64,000 nt of DNA from Thermoplasmata archaeon. Lineage in GTDB: Archaea > Thermoplasmatota > Thermoplasmata > Thermoplasmatales > ARK-15. Under the pieces are notes generated by a model, which was not told where the DNA came from, ran no database searches, and saw only the letters and a program-made list of their open reading frames with translations. The stretch lies in contig JAVYRZ010000005.1 in assembly GCA_038729465.1 (NCBI GenBank), positions 2,970 to 66,969 of the forward strand, in the 5' to 3' direction. Every line of letters begins with the position of its first letter. The first letter of the stretch is position 1. Positions 8,415 to 17,600 of the stretch are shown here, piece after piece. Made by a program: the position numbers and the translations under genes.

Positions 8415-9548
8415 ATGGAAGACATAATAATAATAGGTGGCGGTCCATCAGGTCTGAAACTTGCGTCTATAGTGGGTAGATACATTAATACAACAATTTT
8501 GGAAGAACATTATGAGATCGGCAGGCCCAGCCATTGTACAGGGCTATTTTCCAAGCCAGTGTTTGAGATGGCGTCTGCAAAAGCGGTGACTAATCGAGTG
8601 CGTGGAGCTATTATTAAACTTGATGATCTGGAATTCTCAATTACCAAGAAAGAGGACGTAGCTTATGTGGTTGAAAGAAGCGATTTTGACAAAAACATGG
8701 CATATGAAGCAATCAATAACAATGCCAAGCTTCAGCTAGGAGCCAGAGTCAAAGAAATAATTAAAAGTAATAACAGAACGATAGTAAAATACAGGAAAGA
8801 CGGAAACCTGAAAGAGCTGGAAGGAGCAGTAATAGTTGGAGCGGACGGATATGCCAGTATGGTGAGAAGATACATGAACCAGAGTGTACCCAAATTTCTG
8901 GGTGGCATACAGCTGAGGGTTTCAGGTGCATCTATAGATGATGATTATGTAAAAATACTGATTGGCTCTGATATTGCGCCCGGCTTTTTTGGATGGATCG
9001 TGCCAGAAGGAGAGAAAATGGCTAAAGTGGGGCTTGCTACAGACAAAGGGTATGCGGTTCAGTTTCTTAAAAAGATATTAAAAGATGAAACATTGAAAAA
9101 TGCTAGGATTCTTGCAGTAGAAGGGGGCGTAATACCGATAGGAACGGTCAAAAACATGGTATTTGAAAACTTAATGTTAATTGGAGATGCTGCTGGATTT
9201 GTTAAAGCCACATCCGGTGGTGGAGTGTACATGGGCTTAAAAAGCAGCATCAATGCATCGAAGGTAATATTAAATCATTTTAAAGATAGTTCATACAGCC
9301 TTACAAACTTCGAAAAATTGAATGCAAAGCTTTTGAAAGAGCTTAAAATAGATCTGAAAATTCACAATATCTATTCATCTTTTTCAGACTCTGAGCTAAA
9401 AGATCTTTTTACTATTTTAAGCAAGAGAGAGAACGTGGAAATAATAGAAAAGTATGGGGATATAGATTACCCTTCAAAAGTTGCATTCGCGCTTTTAAAG
9501 CGTAATCTGGCACTTTTAAAGTATGGATCTAGATTACTGAAAAAGTGA
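8415..9548 (+). CDS. FAD-dependent geranylgeranyl-reductase-family oxidoreductase
   Basis: It has the MEDIIIIGGGPSGL dinucleotide fold, ...VGADGYASMVRR... and ...IGDAAGFVKATSGGG..., matching GGR-family motifs. It starts 3 nt after the iorB stop. Confidence 0.7.
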   Translation: MEDIIIIGGGPSGLKLASIVGRYINTTILEEHYEIGRPSHCTGLFSKPVFEMASAKAVTNRVRGAIIKLDDLEFSITKKEDVAYVVERSDFDKNMAYEAINNNAKLQLGARVKEIIKSNNRTIVKYRKDGNLKELEGAVIVGADGYASMVRRYMNQSVPKFLGGIQLRVSGASIDDDYVKILIGSDIAPGFFGWIVPEGEKMAKVGLATDKGYAVQFLKKILKDETLKNARILAVEGGVIPIGTVKNMVFENLMLIGDAAGFVKATSGGGVYMGLKSSINASKVILNHFKDSSYSLTNFEKLNAKLLKELKIDLKIHNIYSSFSDSELKDLFTILSKRENVEIIEKYGDIDYPSKVAFALLKRNLALLKYGSRLLKK

Positions 9549-9606
9549 GTTTGCATATAATAAAATATATATTATGCTATCATTTATCTATTAATCCGGT
9601 GATAGT

Positions 9607-10218
9607 TTGGACATAGTAGATCAGTTTTTGCATATATTCATTCCCATATTCGTTATAGTGGATCCATTTGCGTCCGTAGCTTTATTTATCAGTTTAACTG
9701 CCGGGCTTCCAAAACCTGCAACGGATAAGATCATAAAAGAGTCTGTGTTATGGGGGTTTTTGATATTGCTAGTATTTGCATTGATCGGCTCTTATATTCT
9801 TGACTTTTTCGGGATAAGCATAGAAGCATTAATGATCGCAGGAGGATTGTTAATGCTGATCGTGGGTATAGAGATGGTAAGAGAGGGAGATAAACCAAGA
9901 GCCACAAGAAAAGGACAGGAAGAAGAAGAGATTGGTGATATAGGTATAGTGCCTCTGGCCACTCCGATGCTTGCGGGCCCAGGTGCCATATCCCTGATGA
10001 TCATACTGGTTGCAAACTATGACTTATGGATTGTTTTAATATCGACAATACTGGTATTTTTGATTGTGTTCTTATTTTTCAAGTTTTCATCGATGGTATA
10101 CAGTGTGCTTGGCATGAAAGGCGCAAGAGCGTTTACGAGAGTGATGGGATTGTTGGTAGCGGCATTTGCAATGCAATATATACTTAACGGTATTGGAATA
10201 TGGTACATACATCTATGA
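9607..10218 (+). CDS. MarC-family (UPF0056) integral membrane protein
   Basis: 203 aa with about 6 TM segments. IFVIVDPFASVALFISLT and GISIEALMIAGGLLML are typical MarC motifs. The track start is a TTG. Confidence 0.75.
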   Translation: MDIVDQFLHIFIPIFVIVDPFASVALFISLTAGLPKPATDKIIKESVLWGFLILLVFALIGSYILDFFGISIEALMIAGGLLMLIVGIEMVREGDKPRATRKGQEEEEIGDIGIVPLATPMLAGPGAISLMIILVANYDLWIVLISTILVFLIVFLFFKFSSMVYSVLGMKGARAFTRVMGLLVAAFAMQYILNGIGIWYIHL

Positions 10219-10289
10219 TATTTGTGTACCATAGATTTCCTTAAGATTAAAGCAAAAAAGATATATTACGATTCATATCATATGATCTG

Positions 10290-11492
10290 ATGTTTAATGC
10301 ACATGTAAAAGTATTGACAGGTTCTAAGATTGACACTGAGATGGAAAAAATAAAGGTTGCGAGAGAGGGTATTGAAATAATGAAGCCAAAAGCACAATTT
10401 TTCATAGTGAAGCTAGAGCAGGTTCCAATAAAGGATGCCATAATCCTAAAGCAGGAATCTTTAAGCTGCGGGTGTGATGCAGCATTGGCATGGAATGTAG
10501 TATCTTTAAAGGCAGAGTTTACCGACGCGCTGGTATTTGGCTCTGGAAAGGAACTGGAATTATTAATAAAAAAAATGAAAAAGCAACCTTTTAACGGTAA
10601 GAAAATAGCAGAGGAAATAGAAGTAGCAGTATCCAATTTTCAGAAAAGCGAGTATCAAATCTCAACAGTCTCTAAGGTTATAAAAATACCTTATAGAAGG
10701 GTGATGGGAATACTTAACATCACACCTGACTCTTTTTCTGATGGTGGGAAGTATATTGATCCAGATCATGCGTTAGAGCGGGCTAAAGAGATAGAAAGAG
10801 AAGGCGCAGACATATTAGATATCGGTGCTGAGAGCACCAAACCTTATTCAAAACCAATATCTATAGAAGAAGAACTGAATCGACTGATGCCCGTGCTTGA
10901 AGCAATAAGGGACCAGATAAAGATTCCGATATCCATTGATACTTACAAATGGCAGGTAGCAGATAAAGCTTTAAAATTAGGAGCGGATATAATCAATGAT
11001 GTTTACGGACTCAAAGACGAAGCCATGTTAAAGGTCATAAAAGATTTTGGTGCTGGAGTAGTGATAATGCACATGAAAGGAACCCCGCAAACTATGCAGA
11101 ACGCACCTCATTATGATGATCTGATCTCTGAAATATCTCGATTTTTAAAAGATAGAGCCACAACAGCTATAATGAATGGCATTGAACCTGAAAAGATTAT
11201 GATAGACCCGGGTATAGGGTTTGGAAAAACTGTAGAACATAATTTAAGCATATTAAACAACCTGCAGGATTTAAAGAGTTTAGGTTTTCCGATTGTTGTA
11301 GGAACTTCTAAAAAAGGATTTATTGGAGAGATAACTGGAACTCCGGTAGAAAGAAGAATGATGGGCAGCTTGGCTACGGCATTGATAGCAATGCATAATG
11401 GTGCATCCGTGATAAGGGCTCATGACGTGAAAGAAACAAAAGAGATAATCAAGATATTTGAATCTGTAACAGCTGAGAAAAAATATAGTTAG
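10290..11492 (+). CDS. folP: Dihydropteroate synthase with about 135-aa N-terminal extra domain
   Basis: Residues from about 136 (RVMGILNITPDSFSDGGKY ... DIGAESTKP ... INDV ... DPGIGFGKT ... RAHDV) form a classical pterin-binding DHPS domain. I cannot assign the N-terminal part. Confidence 0.85.
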   Translation: MFNAHVKVLTGSKIDTEMEKIKVAREGIEIMKPKAQFFIVKLEQVPIKDAIILKQESLSCGCDAALAWNVVSLKAEFTDALVFGSGKELELLIKKMKKQPFNGKKIAEEIEVAVSNFQKSEYQISTVSKVIKIPYRRVMGILNITPDSFSDGGKYIDPDHALERAKEIEREGADILDIGAESTKPYSKPISIEEELNRLMPVLEAIRDQIKIPISIDTYKWQVADKALKLGADIINDVYGLKDEAMLKVIKDFGAGVVIMHMKGTPQTMQNAPHYDDLISEISRFLKDRATTAIMNGIEPEKIMIDPGIGFGKTVEHNLSILNNLQDLKSLGFPIVVGTSKKGFIGEITGTPVERRMMGSLATALIAMHNGASVIRAHDVKETKEIIKIFESVTAEKKYS

Positions 11493-11607
11493 AAAAAGCG
11501 ATTATATATAGTGTATGATAAGGTATTAACAATGAAAACTAAGGGATGAAAGGGCTTTGGGTTATACCCACAAAGTTTAAGCATCAAAGAGATGATAACT
11601 TTCAAAG

Positions 11608-12099
11608 GTGACTGTTAAGATGGTTAACAAAAATCCTAACTTGAAATATGAGTGCCCAATTTGTTTTGCGCCGTTAAAAATCAATGACGAAAAAATGGTT
11701 ACCTGTCCTTACTGTGATGCATTGTTATATAATGTCGAAGGCACTTTAAAGCTCGTTAGCTCATATCCATGGTGGCAAAAAAAAGACCCATCGTTTGAAG
11801 AATACAAAAAACAGTATGGAGCATCGGGGATGATTAGAGCCGGAGATATATTAGAGCTATATGTATTCAAAGATGATAGTTGGTTTTTGATTTTTAATAA
11901 TGTAATTTACAAAAAGAAAGCTGAACAGAGCTCTGAGCCTGATAAATATGATAAGAAAATTGAGGCTAAAGTGTCATACATATATGGCAGAATTCCGGTT
12001 TTTACACCTTTGAATTTTCAGACTGTAATATACTCTAACAATAACTGGATCATAAAGAAAGAGGTTTTCAACTACACGTTATTCGAGCGTGTGCAATAA
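11608..12099 (+). CDS. Hypothetical protein with N-terminal zinc ribbon
   Basis: 163 aa with a CPICFAPL...CPYCDALL CxxC-x17-CxxC ribbon. The rest matches no family I recognise. The track start is a GTG; ATG alternatives lie a few codons in. Confidence 0.45.
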   Translation: MTVKMVNKNPNLKYECPICFAPLKINDEKMVTCPYCDALLYNVEGTLKLVSSYPWWQKKDPSFEEYKKQYGASGMIRAGDILELYVFKDDSWFLIFNNVIYKKKAEQSSEPDKYDKKIEAKVSYIYGRIPVFTPLNFQTVIYSNNNWIIKKEVFNYTLFERVQ

Positions 12100-12627
12100 T
12101 TTTATGATCTGCTTTTTAAATAGATCAAGGGATTCTGTATTTACAAGCATCATGTCAGCAAGTATGAACACAGTAGCGAGCCCCCAAGAAAGTTCTCTGC
12201 GATCTCGTTCTTTGAATTCTTCCAGAGTTTTTGGATCGTCAGGTCTGTTTCTATTTTTTATCCTCTCATATCTCTTTTTCTCATTTGCGAATATTCCTAC
12301 TACAATAAATTTTTCTTTCAGATGCTCTTTGAAATATTGGATTTCTTCAATATTTCTTATGCCATCTATAACAGTGTTTTCAGCATGAATATTTTTAATC
12401 GTTCTTCGTGCCCAAATATCCATACCATTATTTACTCTTTCTTCGTTAGCAATCTTACCAACTATTGAATTTTCTAAATTTAAGCCTAATGATTTTACGT
12501 AACTTCTTACAATATCCCCCATCCTTACAATTTCATAGCCATGTTTTTCAGCTTCAATTGCAAATTCTTCTTTACCGGATCCGGGCATACCAACAACAAG
12601 GATATTCATCATTAATGAAATTGGCAA
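12079..12627 (-). CDS. P-loop nucleotide kinase, UPF0200 / dephospho-CoA-kinase-like family
   Basis: NILVVGMPGSGKEEFAIEAEKHGYEIVRMGDIVR has a Walker A motif and the layout of archaeal UPF0200 proteins. The likely true start is the MNILVV Met, a few codons inside the ORF. Confidence 0.6.
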   Translation of the reverse strand: MPISLMMNILVVGMPGSGKEEFAIEAEKHGYEIVRMGDIVRSYVKSLGLNLENSIVGKIANEERVNNGMDIWARRTIKNIHAENTVIDGIRNIEEIQYFKEHLKEKFIVVGIFANEKKRYERIKNRNRPDDPKTLEEFKERDRRELSWGLATVFILADMMLVNTESLDLFKKQIIKLLHTLE

Positions 12628-12854
12628 TAACTATTAAATTGTATCGGTATATTTTATTCTATACATTATATAATTTATATTATTTAATCAATAACTATTT
12701 ATACCACATAAATATCTCTCTTTTTACTCAACGAGAGATTAGTCAGACGGATCATGGGACAATTCTATATGAATTCCCGAGGCAGAAAAATCAATAATAT
12801 TTTGATTTTCCTGATCATTCGTCACGACTGATTCAGTATTCGGAGGAAATTAAA
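12628..12854 (+). promoter_or_regulatory. Promoter plus long structured 5' leader of the ribosomal-protein operon (candidate regulatory leader)
   Basis: 227-bp spacer. The upstream half is almost pure A/T with TATA-like tracts. The downstream half has hairpins GGG-ac-AATTC/GAATT-CCC (12756-12778) and AAAATCAA/TTGATTTT (12787-12809). GGAGG lies 8 nt before the rpl3 ATG. Confidence 0.3.
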
Positions 12855-13853
12855 ATGGCAACACCAAATCATTCTAGGAGAGGCTCTATGGGATACTATC
12901 CCAGAAAAAGAGCCAAAAAGATAGTGCCAACAATATCTACTTGGCCTGAATTAGATGAAGGACCGAAAGTTCAAGGATTTGCAGGATATAAGGCGGGAAT
13001 GACCCATGTAGTAGTAGTGGACTGGAGAAAGAAAAGCACTACTGCAAACCAGGAGATAGTTTTACCGGTGACGGTAATAGAAGTTCCGCCAATGAAAGTG
13101 TGCGGTATAAGGTTTTATGAGCGCACAACGTATGGGTTAAGCATTTTTGAAGAAGTATGGGCTGCAAACTTGGACAAAGAGTTATCAAGAAAGATCAGCA
13201 TACCAAAAAAAGCGAGTGAAAAAGATTTAAAAGATCTGGATAGAAGCAGGGTTGAAGAAATAAGGCTCATTGTTTATACGCAACCTCATCTCGTATCTTC
13301 ACTGCCTAAAAAGAGGCCGGAGATTATGGAGGTACAGGTTGGGGGCGGTAAGATGGATGATAAAATAGATTATGCAATTAAGTTACTGGGAAAAGAGATA
13401 TCTTTTTCTGATTTTTCAGAACCTGGAAAATTTGTAGATGTAATTGCAGTTACAAAAGGGAAAGGATTTCAGGGGGCAGTAAAAAGATTTGGAGTGAAAC
13501 TATTACCCAGAAAGAACAGGAAACACAAAAGGATGGTTGGAACACTAGGGCCTTGGCATCCTAACTATGTTATGAACACTGTACCTATGGCCGGGCAGAT
13601 GGGGTATCAGCAAAGGACTGAATACAATAAGAGAATAATTTATTATTCTAACAATAACGGAGAATCAATAACTCCAGCAGGAGGGTTCTTGAATTATGGA
13701 ATTGTAAAAAACTCATATATCCTAGTTCATGGATCGGTGCCTGGAGCAGTGAAGCGAATTATCAGATTTAGAGATCCTATCAGAATGTCTGGAGAGAATG
13801 TGAAAGATATCAAGATAACATATATTTCAAGAGAATCTAAACAAGGAGTGTGA
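12855..13853 (+). CDS. rpl3: 50S ribosomal protein L3 (uL3)
   Basis: 332 aa with RRGSMGYYPRKRA, FAGYKAGMTHV and VTKGKGFQGAVKRFG. It is the first gene of the conserved cluster. Confidence 0.95.
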   Translation: MATPNHSRRGSMGYYPRKRAKKIVPTISTWPELDEGPKVQGFAGYKAGMTHVVVVDWRKKSTTANQEIVLPVTVIEVPPMKVCGIRFYERTTYGLSIFEEVWAANLDKELSRKISIPKKASEKDLKDLDRSRVEEIRLIVYTQPHLVSSLPKKRPEIMEVQVGGGKMDDKIDYAIKLLGKEISFSDFSEPGKFVDVIAVTKGKGFQGAVKRFGVKLLPRKNRKHKRMVGTLGPWHPNYVMNTVPMAGQMGYQQRTEYNKRIIYYSNNNGESITPAGGFLNYGIVKNSYILVHGSVPGAVKRIIRFRDPIRMSGENVKDIKITYISRESKQGV

Positions 13854-14623
13854 ATTGGGTGAAAGTTAATGTTTACAATATAAGAGGCGGAATTAAAGGT
13901 CAAATTGATTTACCAGAGCCATTTACGTTTGCATACCGGCCAGATTTAATAAAAAAGGTTATTCTTGCAATACAGTCAAATGGAAGGCAGCCTTATGGAG
14001 CATATAAATATGCAGGAACCAGGCGCGTAGGCCATAACTGGGGCCCAAATCATGGGCGCTCAAGAATACCGCGCAGACCTGATGGTGATCGAGGTGTTCT
14101 TTTAGGTAATATGGTCGGCGGCAGAACTGCGCATGCACCTAGAAGCAACAGGAACTGGACTAAAAAAATAAATAAAAAAGAAAATCTAATTGCAAAGTTT
14201 TCAGCTTTATCACAGACTGCAAATAAAGATGCTGTAAGAAGCAGGGGCCATAAATTTAATGAAGAGATAACGTTCCCTATTATTGTAGAAAATGAAATTG
14301 AGAATATCAAAACAACTAAACAGGCAGTAGAGATATTGAATAGTTTAGGCATTTATGAGGACGTGGAAAGATCTAAGGATCGCCAGAAGATAAGGGCAGG
14401 AAAAGGAAAATTAAGGGGCAGAAAGTACAAGACCCCTAAAAGCATTTTACTGGTAGTGAAGTCCAGGCCCAGTTCACTAAAAAGCTTTGCGAATCTATCA
14501 GGGCTGGAAATAGTATCTGTGGATCAGCTAAATACATATGACCTAGCACCGGGTGGAAATGCAGGGAGATTGACTGTTTATACAGAAGAGGCTATAGACA
14601 CCATAGCGAGGTGGAAAATATGA
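13850..14623 (+). CDS. rpl4: 50S ribosomal protein L4 (uL4)
   Basis: 257 aa with GRQPYGAYKYAGTRRVGHNWGPNHGRSRIPR and IRAGKGKLRGRKYK. Position is after rpl3. Confidence 0.95.
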   Translation: MNWVKVNVYNIRGGIKGQIDLPEPFTFAYRPDLIKKVILAIQSNGRQPYGAYKYAGTRRVGHNWGPNHGRSRIPRRPDGDRGVLLGNMVGGRTAHAPRSNRNWTKKINKKENLIAKFSALSQTANKDAVRSRGHKFNEEITFPIIVENEIENIKTTKQAVEILNSLGIYEDVERSKDRQKIRAGKGKLRGRKYKTPKSILLVVKSRPSSLKSFANLSGLEIVSVDQLNTYDLAPGGNAGRLTVYTEEAIDTIARWKI

Positions 14624-14877
14624 ATCCATATTCTATAATATTGAGGCCTTTTGTTACAGAAAAATCGTTGTTTGCAATAGAGAAAGATAACAAAATAACT
14701 TTTATAGTTAAGAGAAATGCAACAAAACTAGAAATTAAAGAGGCATTTGAAAAAATGTTCAATATGAAAATAATTAAGATAAACACTATGATTACAAGAA
14801 ATGGTAAGAAAGCTATAATCACTTTAGCTCCAGAACACAATGCTGGAGAGCTGGCTACGAGACTAGGAATATTCTGA
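14611..14877 (+). CDS. rpl23: 50S ribosomal protein L23 (uL23)
   Basis: 88 aa with ILRPFVTEKSLFAIEKDNKITFIV....ATKLEIKEAFEKMF, in the conserved position. Confidence 0.95.
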   Translation: MENMNPYSIILRPFVTEKSLFAIEKDNKITFIVKRNATKLEIKEAFEKMFNMKIIKINTMITRNGKKAIITLAPEHNAGELATRLGIF

Positions 14878-14878
14878 G

Positions 14879-15592
14879 GTGAATAATATGGGAAAGAGAG
14901 TTAGAAGCAGAAGACGCGGGCGAGGAACTGGAGTGTATTTAGCACCAAGCCACAATTACGAGATCGAGATAAAGCATCCCTCTATTGAGGAAGGTTTAGG
15001 AGAAGTACTTGAGATTAAAAATGACATTTCACACACATCACCTGTCGCAGTAGTTAAATTAAACGACAAGAAATATGATATGATCGCGCATTCAGGAATG
15101 TATGTTGGTCAGAAAATTGAGGTCGGCATTCATGCGCCGATTAAGAATGGTAATATATTGCCATTAGGTTATATACCTGATGGTACAATGGTATACAATA
15201 TAGAGATCAGACCTAATGATGGTGGTAAGTTCGTGAGATCTGCGGGCACATATGCACAGATAGTTTCGCATGGTGAAAAAGTAATGATTCTTTTGCCATC
15301 CGGACAAATGCGTGCCTTTGACCCGAGATGCAGGGCAGTTATAGGAGAGCCTGCAGGATCTGGCAGGCCCGACAAGCCTTTTATAAAGGCTGGAAACAAG
15401 ATTCATGCTTATCAGAGCAAGGCAAAGAGGCCTTATACAGTTCGAGGTGTAGCGATGAATGCCTTAAATCACCCTCATGGTGGTGGAAATCACCAGCATG
15501 TAGGTAGGCCTAGCACGGTCAGTAAAAATGCACCGCCAGGCCGCAAAGTTGGGAGATTCGGACCTGTGAGAAAGAGATTAAAGAGGCGATAA
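14879..15592 (+). CDS. rpl2: 50S ribosomal protein L2 (uL2)
   Basis: It has MGKRVRSRRRGRG, NHPHGGGNHQHVGRPSTV and PPGRKVG. The likely true start is the ATG at 14888. Confidence 0.95.
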   Translation: MNNMGKRVRSRRRGRGTGVYLAPSHNYEIEIKHPSIEEGLGEVLEIKNDISHTSPVAVVKLNDKKYDMIAHSGMYVGQKIEVGIHAPIKNGNILPLGYIPDGTMVYNIEIRPNDGGKFVRSAGTYAQIVSHGEKVMILLPSGQMRAFDPRCRAVIGEPAGSGRPDKPFIKAGNKIHAYQSKAKRPYTVRGVAMNALNHPHGGGNHQHVGRPSTVSKNAPPGRKVGRFGPVRKRLKRR

Positions 15593-15596
15593 AATT

Positions 15597-16055
15597 ATGG
15601 CAAAGAAGATGATTGTATCTGCAAAATCAACAAGGCGAAAAAAGAGGAAAACGCAAAAGCTCGCGATGGAACGAGCCAAGGAATTTAGTTATAAAGGATA
15701 TACACTTGACGAATTGCTTGAATTGAAGATAGAAGAGTTGATCACGATATTGCCAGCAAGAGCAAGGAGAACTTTAAAGAGAGGGTGGAATGAAGAGCAG
15801 AGCAAGCTGGTTGAAAAGCTATTAAATTCTGACAAAGAGGTAATTAAGACTCAAATCAGAGATGTTGTGATAATTCCACAGTTTGTTGGCAAGAGAGTTA
15901 TGGTTCACAATGGAAAAGAGTATTTAGAATTTGAGATTAAACCTGAGATGATTGGTCATTATTTAGGAGAGTATTCACTCACCAGGCGAGAGATCAAACA
16001 CTCAAGTCCGGGTGTAGGTGCTACCAAGTCATCCAAGTACGTACCTTTAAAATAA
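15597..16055 (+). CDS. rps19: 30S ribosomal protein S19 (uS19)
   Basis: 152 aa with RRTLKRG and VHNGKEYLEFEIKPEMIGHYLGEYSLTR. Confidence 0.95.
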   Translation: MAKKMIVSAKSTRRKKRKTQKLAMERAKEFSYKGYTLDELLELKIEELITILPARARRTLKRGWNEEQSKLVEKLLNSDKEVIKTQIRDVVIIPQFVGKRVMVHNGKEYLEFEIKPEMIGHYLGEYSLTRREIKHSSPGVGATKSSKYVPLK

Positions 16056-16070
16056 ACTGGTGATATAAAT

Positions 16071-16523
16071 ATGTTAAGATATACAAATCAGCTTAAAGGC
16101 GAAAAAGTTGTGCGAGCAAGAGGAATAGATCTTCCGATATCGCTCAAAGACTCTGTAGTAGTATGTAATTTCTTGCAGGGAATGAATTTAAATGAAGCAA
16201 AAGATTATCTGAAATTAGTAATTGACAAAAAGAGGGCAATACCCTATAAATATTATATGAGAAATGTAAGTCATCAAAAGGGGATGGGTCCTGCACGATA
16301 TCCTGTAAAAGTGTCACAATATATTTTGACAGTGCTTGCAAATCTGGAAGCAAATGCTGAAAATCAAGATTTAGATTTAGATTCTATACAACTCATTTCG
16401 ATACTTGCGAAAAAAGCTAGAACTGTGAAAAAATACATGCCCAGAGCGCAAGGTAGAGCAACTCCATTTTTTAAGACGAGGGTATATGTGGAAATAATAG
16501 CTAAAGAGGTAGTTAATAAATGA
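16071..16523 (+). CDS. rpl22: 50S ribosomal protein L22 (uL22)
   Basis: 150 aa with VRARGIDLPISLKDSVVVCNFLQGMNLNEAKDYL ... GRATPFFKTRVYVEII, in the conserved position. Confidence 0.95.
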   Translation: MLRYTNQLKGEKVVRARGIDLPISLKDSVVVCNFLQGMNLNEAKDYLKLVIDKKRAIPYKYYMRNVSHQKGMGPARYPVKVSQYILTVLANLEANAENQDLDLDSIQLISILAKKARTVKKYMPRAQGRATPFFKTRVYVEIIAKEVVNK

Positions 16524-17173
16524 ATGAGCGTAAATTTGTACAGGAAAACATAAAACGAGTGTTATTAAAAGAGTATTTAAAAAGAGCAACTGACGCTGCC
16601 GGATTTGGAGGCATAGAAATTCAGAGAACTCCTTTAGGCACTAGAATAATACTGGAAGTAGAGAAGCCAGGTTTAGTGATAGGGAAGAAAGGAGACAAGA
16701 TCAAAGAGATCACATCAGTGATCGAGAAAGAGTACAACATTGAAAATCCGCAGATAGAAGTTAGACAATCTGACAATCCTAACTTGAACAGCTTAATAAT
16801 GGCAAAAAAGATTGCATCCGCTTTAGAGTCAGGGTGGCATTTTAGGAGAGCAGGGCACTCGACATTAAAGAGGATAATGGATTCTGGTGCAAAAGGCGCT
16901 CAGATAATCATTGGCGGTAAGATTGGAGGAGATAGGGGCAGAAGAGAGAAGTTCACAGATGGAAAGATAAAGTATTCTGGCAAACCTGCAGAAAGCATGT
17001 TTGTAGGATATGCTGTAGCAAAGACAAAGCCCGGGATAATCGGAGTGACTGTGAAGATTCTAACCCCTGATAAAAAGTTGCCTGATGAAATAACTATTGT
17101 TGAAAAGAAGGTAGTAAAGGAGAGTAATAAAAATGACGGAGCTAAGAGCGAAGGAGATAAGGCAGTTGAATAA
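16520..17173 (+). CDS. rps3: 30S ribosomal protein S3 (uS3)
   Basis: 217 aa with KH-domain motif PGLVIGKKGDKIKEI and GAKGAQIIIGGKIGGDRGRREKF. Confidence 0.95.
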   Translation: MNERKFVQENIKRVLLKEYLKRATDAAGFGGIEIQRTPLGTRIILEVEKPGLVIGKKGDKIKEITSVIEKEYNIENPQIEVRQSDNPNLNSLIMAKKIASALESGWHFRRAGHSTLKRIMDSGAKGAQIIIGGKIGGDRGRREKFTDGKIKYSGKPAESMFVGYAVAKTKPGIIGVTVKILTPDKKLPDEITIVEKKVVKESNKNDGAKSEGDKAVE

Positions 17174-17333
17174 AGAAGATCTTGCAAAGAAGCTTGATGA
17201 GTTGAGAGCTGAATTATTGCATGAGCGTGGAATATCTTCCATGGGCGGTGCGCCTTACAATCCAGGCAAAATAAAGTCTTTGAGAAGACAGATAGCAAGA
17301 ATCGAGACCATTACGCGGGAGGAAAAGAAATAA
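17133..17333 (+). CDS. rpl29: 50S ribosomal protein L29 (uL29)
   Basis: 66 aa with ELRAKEIRQLNKEDLAKKLDELRAELL. It overlaps the rps3 tail by 41 nt. Confidence 0.9.
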   Translation: MTELRAKEIRQLNKEDLAKKLDELRAELLHERGISSMGGAPYNPGKIKSLRRQIARIETITREEKK

Positions 17334-17600
17334 ATGAAAATAGAAGACAGCATTATAAATCCTATTGATTCTAACGAATTAAAAATCTCAGTTACAAAGC
17401 GCAGATATGGAAAGTATATGACTGTAATCGCGGGCTTTGATCTCAAAACCGTGGATATTTCAGAGCTTGCAACGACACTAAAAAGGAAGACGGCAACAGG
17501 TGGTACTGCGAAAGATGGCAGAATTGAGTTGCAGGGAGATCAGAGAGAAAGAGTGAAGAAGATATTAGAAGATTTAGGTTACAAGGTAGATACAAAATGA
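17334..17600 (+). CDS. sui1: Translation initiation factor SUI1 (aSUI1/eIF1)
   Basis: 88 aa with KRRYGKYMTVIAGFD ... TGGTAKDGRIELQGDQRERV, the SUI1-family signature. Confidence 0.9.
   Translation: MKIEDSIINPIDSNELKISVTKRRYGKYMTVIAGFDLKTVDISELATTLKRKTATGGTAKDGRIELQGDQRERVKKILEDLGYKVDTK

Noticed and set aside
17133-17173. 41-nt rps3/rpl29 overlap (and 35-nt rps5/rpl30 overlap at 23433-23467) as possible frameshift or assembly errors
   Set aside because: Both downstream genes have canonical N-termini and upstream SD motifs. The upstream proteins are full length with only short non-conserved tails in the overlap. Nothing indicates a disrupted frame.
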